Shown: piece by piece, positions 1 to 12,000 of the stretch
Numbering within the stretch: position 1 is the first letter of the stretch
How the letters are laid out: the number at the start of each line of letters is the position of its first letter
IMG/VR virus record: IMGVR_UViG_3300007541_000020
Coordinates: 1,076-65,075 of that record
Length of the DNA stretch: 64,000 nt
Reading direction: 5' to 3' (one strand)
DNA from: a virus
Taxonomy: Duplodnaviria > Caudoviricetes
Translations under genes and position numbers: made by a program
The notes under the pieces: model-generated
Seen by the model: the letters and a program-made list of their open reading frames with translations, nothing else
Told to the model about the DNA's origin: nothing
The model's database searches: none

Positions 1-17
1 TAGTTTTTTCAAAGGGT

Positions 18-3000
18 TTGAGTGATGTATATAATATATCTTTAAATCAAAAAAATTATTATCAAGCGGGAGGCATCGCAAAAGCAGAGGGCAGGGAATA
101 TACTGCAGCTATAGAAGCAAAAACAAATTTAACAAAAAGCAATTACCCATTCGATGAGACTATGCCTCCATTGTCAGAATGGATGACATTTGACAGTTTT
201 GATATAGAGGTCGCAGAAGGGGGGTCTGTTCAGTCTGGACTTAATAATCCCAGAAAATACCCAATTTGGCTAAAATTAAATAATCTATCTATTGATTTAT
301 CAAAACTGCCAGAAGAAGTTTTGAGAATGCCTACAGGCGCCATGCACATGGATGCCGTATTAATGGATGCAAATGCAGTATTCAATGTAGAGGATTGGTA
401 CACCGATACAAAATTGTCAGGAATGCCTGATCAGGGGCTGTTTTATCATGGTGAAAACTCTACCACAAAAGCCTATGCCTCTTGGAGGATTTTTTCTCGT
501 GCGGGAGAAATAGCATCCAAAGATACAGTAAGTAAAAGTTACCCTTTATACTTGAAAGAGTTTGATGGAAAAACGAAATTTAAAGGTTATCAAATAAAGT
601 TTCCATTAGGAGGTGGCATTGGATATAATTTTGATTTAGATCAAAATTCCCAAACATATAGTTTTAATAAAGAGAAAACAGGGCTTTCAGTATATTTTCA
701 ATATTTGCCGTGGACTATTTCTGGAAACTCTATTTCATTTAATGCTACACCTGGCGACATTGAGTCTTGGCTAGGAACCAAGCCTCTGAAATTAGTTTTT
801 GTTTTGTGGAAAAACGATACATTTGATGCGGGGACTTCTACAAGAATAGGAAGAAGTGTGAATTTTAGGAGAAAAACTCAATCATACCTGATACAAACCA
901 CAGCAATTGCTGATGATATAACTTCGGCAGATTTAGTATCTTACACTCCTGGGTTGCAAGAATCAGATGATAAATTAAGTAGATACGAATCATTAGATCT
1001 AGCTCAAAGAAAATTAAGAATTTTATTTGATTCAGATCATTTGGGTGGGCCAAATCCAAACAAAGGAATTAAGGATTCAAATGGTTTAAATGTTGGCAAT
1101 AAGTTCAAGTGTCAGCAGATAAAGTTGAGCGAGAGCGCTGGCAAATATACATACAAATTTGAGACCACTCCAATAGCAACAAAAGGTTTTCAGGAGTTAA
1201 TGCCTGGAGCTGTATTAACAATAGACTGGAGCGATGCTCCAGATCATCCAGTTGGAATAAGCACAACCAATGATGGCACGCACGGAGGCGGAGATTTATA
1301 TAGTGAAGTAGAAATAGATCTGGCAACAAAAACTACAAAATGTTATTTCAAAATGGCTGATACCTTGGGTGGAGAAAACTACTCTCCAGACCCACAAAAC
1401 CCTGGACTTAAGGAATTCAGGACGACCACAAAACTAGATTTTTATGTATATTGTACAAATCATCCAGGAATGGGATTTCCGTTACAATTTATAGATATTC
1501 AAGATGGTCACAAAGAGTTATATATAAACTCTTGGATGCCTAAGAAGATATTCTTGCCAATTAATCACGTAGGCCCAGGCGGAGCAACAATATTATGGAA
1601 CTCATTAGATAGATCTAGTGATGTTTTGCCTGTTGTAAATTTAGAACCTAACACCAAATTTAGCGCAAGACAAATGTACTGGACTGCAAATGCCGCTGGA
1701 TTTTCATCATACAACGGGTGGAGGCATCCGTACAATCCATGGAGAGACAACTGGTCTTTGGAATCAAGTGATGCCAATTTGGCAAAATGTCTTGCTTACG
1801 GGGACTGCGAAGATTTACAAGAAGGAGAAAGAACTATTTATGTAGATGACGCAGATCTTGAAATTGATGATGATTACTACACTAATCAAGTAAAGTTTAA
1901 TTTGCATGGTCGCGGCTGGGAGGCAAATGATAAAGTTAATGATTTAACTTATTCTTTAGACAATCAATGGATTATACTTGAAGAGAATAAAATTCAAAGA
2001 GGCGATGTCTTTGAAGTTGTTGTACTTGGGGATGTCAAAAGTTTTGGATTACATGAAGATTGGTTTAATGAAAATAATGAATTAAAATCTTTTTCTAGAA
2101 ATAAAGATAAATGGGCAAAAAATTATTTAGCCGCATATAAAAGTTCATTCTCTTTCGGAATCAAGAACATTTCTTATCCATCCTGGATTGACTGCAAATG
2201 GTATCATACTTTTGACGGATCTTCGATTGATACAATATCTGGTCTCAACAAGCCAATTAGTAATCCAAGTGTAATGGTTAATACATTTGCTAATTTGGTC
2301 AACATTTTAGATCATAGAAGTTTCAATATCGCACTTAGCGATTTCTCTAATGCTGAAATCATGGAGCAAATTTTTGCAAACTCAAGAATAAGCTCGGATT
2401 TGCAAAAAATTGTTTTTGATAGTAATTATCAAATAACAAATGGCATCGCAGAAAATTTGGCAGAATTAGCCGAGAGATCTGGGTGTCAATTGGAAATAAA
2501 GCAAGCAAATCTAGCAAAATATAATGCTAAGTTTGATGAATTTGCAATAGTAGAAAGAGCATTAGATCCTACAGACACAACAGTTATTTTTGCAGAAAGC
2601 TCTGTTGATTTTGAAGTAGGGGTAGAGATTAGATTTTTAAAAGACAAAACCTTCGAAAACGGTGATATAATAACAGCGGGAAGCGTTGTAGGAATATCTG
2701 CATATACTGAAGGAAGCCTAAACTTTCAGATAAATTATTTGGAGGCTGCTAGAAACATCTCTACTTCAGAGTTGGATGATTTATATGAGTTTGTAAACGG
2801 AGATAAGCCCGTGCTATATTTCAATGGAACCAGCTTGCCAACTTTAGATTTACAGCAAAGACTTTTGGCTGCTGGAGTTGTAGCCCATATTGGAAGGTCC
2901 AGCTCTTTAGGAAAGATAAAAGATTTAACAAAATATTTTGCAGGTCAAACTGTAAACAGTGAAGACTTAAATTATTTAATAAGATTAATTAATCAGAGAG

Positions 3001-6000
3001 GAATCGACAAGAATGCTGATTTTACAAAATTTTGTTATAATGCAAATGTGCCTAATTTAGATTTGTCAAGTATTCAATTAGAGTCTCCTGATTTTACAAA
3101 AATGTTTCAAGGAAGCATTATTTCTGGATTAAAGCTGCCAAAGGTACTTAACAGTGCATATTCTGTAAAAGACATGTTCGAGTCTTCAACCATAACAGCT
3201 AATTTGGATTTAGAAGGCATCGTTGATGTAGGAACTAAAAGTGTAGAGAGTTGTTTTTATAACACAACAACATCGTTTCCAATTGATATAACATCTTGGA
3301 AATTTAGCGAAATTAAATTGTTTGAATACATGGATGAGTTTATTATCAATTCTTATCTGAATGACTTTAAAGTATCACAAGTTTCTAAAACTATTCTTTT
3401 AAATTCTGCCGATTTTTGGTTTAAAAGTTTAAACATAACAAATGTAAGAAAAGTTGGGCGATCCACATACAGAACTTACGAAGATACAACCAATGGGCTT
3501 TATATTCCTTATGAAGACGATACTGAATGGAATAATTTTAATCAAATCTTGGTAGCTTTCGGAGAAGAAGACATTACGGATCCAGATTTTTTTATGAAAC
3601 CAGCAGGGAAAATTTATGCAAGTTGGTTTGAGATGGATCATTCTCCGAATTACAACACATGGTCTTGGAGGAATGATGGAGGGCAGGATTCCTATGATTT
3701 TAACGGATCTTGGGATGTTGGCAAATCTTTAATAGTAAATTTGCCCTACGACGACAATGACACAAATTATGATGATGCAATATCTGGCTTTGGATATTTC
3801 TCTTATGAAGAAGAAGAAAATGAATGGAATCACCTTAATGGAATCCCTACAAATACATATTCCACTAGATCCACCCACCTACGTTTAAATCAGGAAACCG
3901 ATAAATTTGAAATAGTTAATGCATACAAAAATATAGTTACTGTAATTTCTGATGCAGGAAATTATACTGGAGGATTTAATGGAACTTTTTCACCAACTCC
4001 AGACTTATTTCAAGACGGAAAAGGTATTCAGAAGTACATAACGCAGACAAACGGACTAGAAGTTTTTACATCTCATATAAAAATGGAACTTTCGGATGGA
4101 AATATAGATGATCCAACACCACTGGATGTTTATAGATTGAGCTTTTTTGTTCATTTAGGAAAATATTATAATAGCGAATCTAAATTATTTAGTTACAATA
4201 AATACAAAGGAGCCTACGGCAAATTTCCATTAGTTATTTTTAAATTTGAGAAAAGATCCGCTGATTTTACTGAAGCCGAGAAATTAGAAATATATAATTA
4301 TATAGAAACATTAAATATAAAAGATTATGCAGTTTCTCCGACAAATCCACGTTATGCTATTACCAATAAGACATATGCAAATCAATCTCCATTTTTATTT
4401 GGGCCGAAAATAGCAGATAAATATTTAACAATTTCAGAGCAACTCTCCGATACGGGAGACGCTGGTAGGCCAGCAAGATTCCATAGTAAAAATGTAAGTC
4501 TTGGGGAAGGTGGTGGCGGAGATGTTGAAGTGTACGATGTTAAGACCAAATCTTACCCTTATAATTTATTGTCAGAAAATAAATTGACCGAAAAAGATGA
4601 GGTTCATATTCCTGTTCCATTTGTTGAGTATAATAACTGGAATCATGCAACACAATACGATCACAGTTATCCATTGATGCTTAGATGGCAAGGTGTAGAA
4701 GAAGATATACATCTAAGATTTCTAGGAAATTACATCCAGCAAATGGGTGGTAACCCAATGTTTGATTTTTCGATTAAAAATAAAAATGTAAAGTCCGAGC
4801 CAGCTCAAATATATATTATTGCTGATGGCACTGAAGTTCTTGGCGAAAGATATTACATCACAGACGGATCGCAAGTTCAAGCTATAGAATTAGAAGAGCA
4901 AAATATTTTAATATTAGTATTGGGTATTGAGGTATTGGATGTAAATGCTGTAGAGTCAAACCAAATCACGCAAAGATTAGAGGCATGGGTTGATGACATG
5001 CTTACAATCACTCAGCCATTTCCAGAAATGGATCCTAGTTACTTTGATATTGATTATTCAAATCTAGAAAATACCTTGCGAGATGCTATAAATTCAACAA
5101 ATAATTTTGAAATATTTTTTGCTGGTTGGAACGTAACAAATCGTCAACAAGTATCTTTAACTCTTTTTTACCCAAAATGGAGTGCTGATTTTAATGCAGG
5201 AACAAGTCCATTAAGTAGCTTAAGTTTGTACAAAGACGCGGATAGAACCATACCTGCAGATAGTGTTATGAATTATGTAATAGGAGGAAGCACTCAATAT
5301 TTGATTCGATTGTATTATAAGTGGTCTTATTCTTACGACACTCAAGATTTTGTGAGGCCTGGATCATTAATAGTCTTAGATTCTTCAACAGCTAACATTA
5401 CATATACAACAAACACGACCAATAATTCTACCACAACTATTACTCCAAGTAATATATGCATGGTTGTTAAAGTAGATAAAGATAATATTTATTTTGTAAA
5501 AACTGGCGACACCGTCGATGTGGGTGGAGATTCTATTAATTATGGCGTGCATGATAATAACGACTTTTCTGGGTTTGCATTCAAGGCTCCAAATGCAGGG
5601 ATGTCTCCTACTGTCGATTTGATAATTACTGGTGGAACAGCAGAAGAGCCAACATATGCAAGGCATTTAGAATACCCCTCCTTGCCCAGGGGGGAAAGAA
5701 ACACTACTTTCCACAAAATAACTCCTAGAATAATGCATGTAGACCAATCATGGACTTCTGTAACAAACCGAGGTTGGGAAGAAAACAAACTATACTTTAC
5801 TGCCCAGAAAACTAATGGAGAAACTTCAGATGGAGTAATAGTATTCCATCCAATAAGAGAGGGAGAAGATGAGGGCAAACTTATCGACAAATATCCAATT
5901 GGAGAAACTGAAAAATTACTTGGAGTAAAGGGTACATATGCGCTTTATATTGATGGCGATGATTTTAAGGATACCGAATTTTATCAGGCAGAATTAGAAT

Positions 6001-9000
6001 CTGAATATGAATCAGTAATAGATATTCCAGCGATTGATTCGAGTAAATACGAAGAATATCCTGCTCCAAAATCAAACTTAGGCCATTACAAGGGGGGGTT
6101 TGGAAGTAAATGGGTTATTATGAGTTACGATCCACTGCAAGATGGTTTTACAAAAATTAGAGGAAAGTATACCGAAGGAAATGACGAGGTATTGAGCTCC
6201 GCTCCTTTTCAAAAATTCAATCATATAATAGGATTGGTTCCCAATGGAGAGTATAATGATCCATACGACCCAGGAACAGATTCTTTTCGAGACAGTTTGG
6301 ATAGTGACTTCGACGGATATCCAGATATAATTGATCCAGCACCTTTTGATCAAAGTGTGCCAGGAAACACGATTATTACTCTAGAATATTATGATTCAGG
6401 AGAATATCAAAATGCATATGCTAGTTTTGGCCTAGGCTCGTACAAAGGAGAGTTTGCAACTTCAAGCAGGATGGATTCAGATGTACATACAATAAATATG
6501 TTCAATGATGACCCTTCCAATATTACACAAATGTATAATTGGAACGCTGGAACAAACCAAGTTACAATAGCATTGGTTGCGGGCGATCTCGAACTTCAAG
6601 AAGATTGGGAAAACATGGCTTTACCTAGTCCAACTAGTGAGGTGGAATATATTCAAACAAATGATGGATTTGGTATACCAAATGGAGTTTCTATTAATTG
6701 GGGAGATGGAGACGTTACAGATGCTAATGTAAACAATGCAGATTCCTATGTAGAAGAAACTAAAGAATTAAATGAGCAGATTGGCCCCAGAGATTCTTGG
6801 AAATATAATGGAACATATCGAATATATTTCTTTAAACACATATATCAAGATGCAGGGGACAAAACCGTAACCATAACAGGACCCTTAAAGCATTTCACAA
6901 TAATGGCCGACGACATCGGACAAATCGGCACAGATGAGAGAGATAATGCTAGATATCTAGGGCTTGTTTCGAAAAATTTACTAAATAATAGTGAGTATTT
7001 AAATTGGACAGAATCTAATTTTAGAATAAAAGGAATGAGTGTTATTGGCGGAGCTGATACATTGTCTTTGGGTTCTCCTTTTTACTCTATATTTCCAAGA
7101 GATTTTTTTGATAGCGACAGGGACGAAGTTATTGAAGCCCATGTTGATGAAATTTCATGGATATCAGAACCTATTTTATACCAACATGCGAGACCAAGTG
7201 TGTGGACACTTCCTTCTGATATAACTTTTAGGTCTTACATTTGGGAAACTAATTGGGGAGGAACTAGCCAAGAGGGAGTTTCTAATGATTACATAGATCA
7301 AACATGGCATGCTAATAATTATAAATTTTCATCATATTTTATAAATGACTTGGGGGTACCTGCAGGGTTAACCAATAATCAATGGAGGGAAACCTTTTAT
7401 CAGGGAGAGATTAGCGATTCAGCTATAACACTTCCGACTCCTCTTCCTATAATGACATCTTTGTTGAGCACTTATCCTTATGGATCAGAAGCTGACAGGT
7501 ATTCCAACGGAGATTTGCAATCAATATGGGTAAAGAATCAAAGCCATTTGCCACAAAGCGACTTTTTTGATTGGGACGAGAGTAGCGCAGTAGTTGCAGG
7601 AGATATGATTGGATGCCTGGGTCAGGAACTTAGCTTGACGCCCCAAATATTGATTGATAATATCTCTGATAATAACGAAGAATTTTTGGAAAAAATTAAA
7701 GATGCCGTGGGCAGTGGCAATACCCACAATTTAGAAACCGAGTTCGGATATCTTTATTATGAGATGCATATTGACAGAAACAAAAAAGCTCCAGATGGGA
7801 TTCTTAAAGACGAAAATGGTCAAACTACAAACACAATGACCGCATTGGGTTTGGAAAGCGCCACAGAAACAGATTATATTGACTTTGATGGCACACAAAC
7901 AAATGGCACATACTTAGCCTATGGAAACCAACAGTTTTTATCTGATTTAAAATACCATTATTTTAAAGAATCTGATAAAACATTAAAATCTGTAGATCAT
8001 AAATATGATAGATTTAGGGTACTATGGTTGCCATCTATAGGAGACCAAGAAAAAATAACAGTTACATTAACTGGAGACGGAACCTCAAATGTAGCCACTC
8101 TTTTTGAAGCAGCGGCTGCCAGTCAAGTCTATGAAAATAGCGATATCAAATCAACCGTTCCATCTCAAATTAGCGGCCACAACCCTTTGTTTAGTGTTCC
8201 TGTAATATACTCTTCAATTATACTTCCTTCTGATTGGACATGGGAATTGGAATTAAAAATAGATTTATACTTGAACGAAAAACACATGTTCAAGACCAGA
8301 AAGTTAATTAATGGAAATCATGTAGAAACCAAAACATGCCCATCTGAAACCTGGATAGTATTAGAAAGAAATAATACCGAAATCACAGTAGTTCCAAATA
8401 ACCTGAAATCTATATTTAACAAAAATGAAAGTCATCTTAAGAATGACTCTTTACATCAAAGAGTCATGACTCAAACTGAAGGTTTAAATTCTACTGCATT
8501 TGCGGGGCAAGATCAATTTTATAACCTTCTTGAGTCACATGAACGATCAAGCAATGAAGATTACGGTCATGCTACTGACGGATCATTTGTTCTAAATCAT
8601 GATATATCGAGTTTGCCTTTGGTTCATCTTTTGTCTTCCCATAATCACACTGATTTTAGGCAATGGAACAACACTTCATCTAATCCAATATCAAATTTTG
8701 TCACATGGAATGACAATCCAGTATTATTAAATAATATTCATTATATATCTTTTGGATATGGCCTATTGAATTGGTTTAATGAAACTAGATCGGCTCCAAC
8801 TAGAGATACGGAAATTTCAGCATTGGCTTGGAATAAATTAAAAGCTGATGGAAATGTTCCTAGCAGTTTGAGTTATTCTTATGAAAGCATTGGGTATGCA
8901 GATAGCACAACATATCAAGCTGGAGAGCATCCATTGAATGGATCATTTGAAGGCTTAATCAGGAATGATCTCAATTTAGGTAAAAAGATTGTAAAATATC

Positions 9001-12000
9001 ATAACTATGGAAATCCTCATACTGGATTTGGTGTATTTTTTAATCAAACAAGAAAAGAGGTTGTTGATTGGAGCTGGGGTAGTTACACGGCTCAAAATAA
9101 GCATATAGATGGAACCACTAATCATATTGCAACAAATTATTTTTCATCAGTGGGAATGTTTGAACCTATTTTAACAAGTCGACATACCGCAGGATTAAGA
9201 AATAGATTTGTGCCCAACTCGAAAGTTTACAATGAAATTCAAAATCCGTTCTTTGATCCTTCTATATTATCAGAGGACAAAATTGTAGTAGCAAGAGCTG
9301 AAATTATTCAACCAAGTTACTCATGGCAAGACCCCCCAAGCGAATGGGCTGACGTAAGTGCGACTTTAAAATATCTCGATATTATCGATAGATATAAAAA
9401 TGAAGAAGGAGTGATGAAATTGCTTGAAGATGCTCATGCAGCGGGAGTTTATTTTGACGGCAGACGCTCCAAAATTGATAGTTCTCCATATGTCCGTCTC
9501 GGAGGTGGTCATCAATTTACATTTAAGGATTTAATTAAAGATGCATCTATCGAAACTAAACCGCAATTGATTAAAATTACTAAAACTTGGACTGGTACAG
9601 GAACCGAGCCTGTTGACTATGGAGCGTCTCAAATAGCCGTGCCGCTTGGATTGATAGAGGGCGGCTCAAAGATAGTTTTAGGTATATTACAACAGGATGT
9701 CGCCGCTGGGCTGATTATCAATGACGGAGTTATTGGTTCATATCATTTAACAAATAATTTATTTAATTTAACTCCAAGTATGAGGCGAACGAATTGGGAT
9801 GTTTATGACCCTTCATATTATCTCCATCTCGACGGAATTTCTGTAATAGTCGTGTTTAACGTTTCTGACAGAGGGGACATTTGGGAAGTTTATAAAGAAG
9901 ATTTATACGAATGGAATGTAAGTTACATTGATAGCAAGAAACCGTTAAAGTTAAAATTAAAACTTTCCGAAAGAGGGTCATTTTGGGAAAAAACTAAGCC
10001 AAAGCACCACGATCCAGAAATTACAAACACAAATCAAACTAGAAAATATTTTGGATTAGATTGTTCTCAATCAATGAAAGTTTTGGCACCAACATTGTCA
10101 GCAAGTAACAGGTATAATGAAAACGAATATATTCAAGATTATACATGGAGCAATGTATCCGCAGATCTAAGCTCAATAACGCTACCAGCAAAATCTAGCA
10201 ATAATGATGGAGACCAAGCTCATTTCACAATGAATTACATGATAAGTGCAGGTCAAGGAAACTTAATTCCAGCTGGTGCATTTAATTCTTATGGATGCAA
10301 TGATATGGTTACATTAAAAGATGAGCTTCGGTCGAACAATCCGATCCCTTTTCGCTCTAATTCTTATACTTTCTCATCGCTTGGATACAATAAAAGGAAT
10401 GATGGTTATTTATACAATTATCCGTTTGAACAACGAATATTCATTGGGTATCAGGGTTTGAATTTTAATGGAGCAGCTGGTTACAATAACATTAAAACAG
10501 GATTACCTCCTTTTTTCGTGGGAAGATTTCCTGCAAGAAAAATTTCTGAGCTACAAGGCACATCCGTAATTTTTAGATGTCAGTCGGCTAGTGAAACTGG
10601 GAAATTTGTACAAAAACCACTTTCTATTGTAGAGAGAATTAGTCATAAAAATCAAATTGCTATAGGTGCTTCAAACAAAAATTCATTAAATACAAATTAT
10701 AATGATTATAATTTATCAAATTTTTCAGAAAGTTTAATGTTCTTTGCAGATGACTTATCAAATCCATCAAACAGTGGAATAGGAAGTGGACTAAACAAAA
10801 AAAATAAAGTAGAATATGTTGATCTCAGCAAAATGGTTATCTTTAATGGAGCAAGCAGAATGCTGGGGGGATTTTTCAACAATCTAATTATTGATGACAT
10901 TGACTTGAGTTCTATAGACATAACAAACAATTCTATTACTACTCCGTGTATAGAAGGAGCACAAATAAAAAATCTTAAGTATTTTACAATCAATGATGAC
11001 AATTTGTCGCCCGAGGCACTTTTGGGATCCAAATTGGACATGGTTTCCAAACTCGAAGAACTTCATACCAACTTAAATAAGCCTTCTAGTATAAATATAG
11101 AAGATAGATATTGGTATAAAATCTTGAGACCTCACTTGCGTGGAGATAAATCATGGGGGATTGATACAAATTCGTTTATATTTGGTTCTACAACAGTGTA
11201 TAGAGGTACTCCCCCAGTATACGTAGATGGTAAAGCAACATATCCATATCAGCCTGAAATGGGGCAACTTTATAAACATAGTAAAGATGCTTATGGATAT
11301 ATAAGTGGTTATGCTTATTATAATTACCTGGGCCTAGTTATTATGGATGCTGGTCCACTAAATTTTTATAGTGGAGATTGGAGCAAAGGCGATGTAGTTT
11401 GGATGGGAATGTCAGTTGCAGAAGATATAGATGAAAGTGGAGAACTTTACATTGAAGGATCAAATCTTCCTGGGGGAAAAATTATTCTCAAAAAGAAAGG
11501 CTCTGCAGATGCGGTTTCTCATGGAGGGCAAACCTACACATATACTACAATAGCCCCAGAGGTTGAACATAGTCTTTCTAATTACAATTATAATTGGACC
11601 AATCCTAATAATCGAAGATTTAGATTTACCAATCAATTTATAAAAATGGATTTCGATTTACAAGATGATGTAGAGCTCAAATGCGATTATACGCATTATC
11701 AAAATAAATCATTAACTCAGATCATTGATGAGTTGCCAAAAAAGTATTATAAAGACGGAGAATACTATTATGATTTTGAAAAAGCTAGAAAAATGATGCC
11801 GTTTTTATTATACAGAATGATCTGTACAGATCAACTACATTCAGCAAGAGGTAGTCAAGAAAGCAACAGTGATACTGGCATTCCAACTGAGGCAGCCATG
11901 CTTACAAATCAAAAAACAATGAGATCATTTGGTACGATCTGTGCCTCTGAGTTTTCTTCTTTAGAAAATTTAGATATGTCTAGTGTTAAGGCTAGATATG

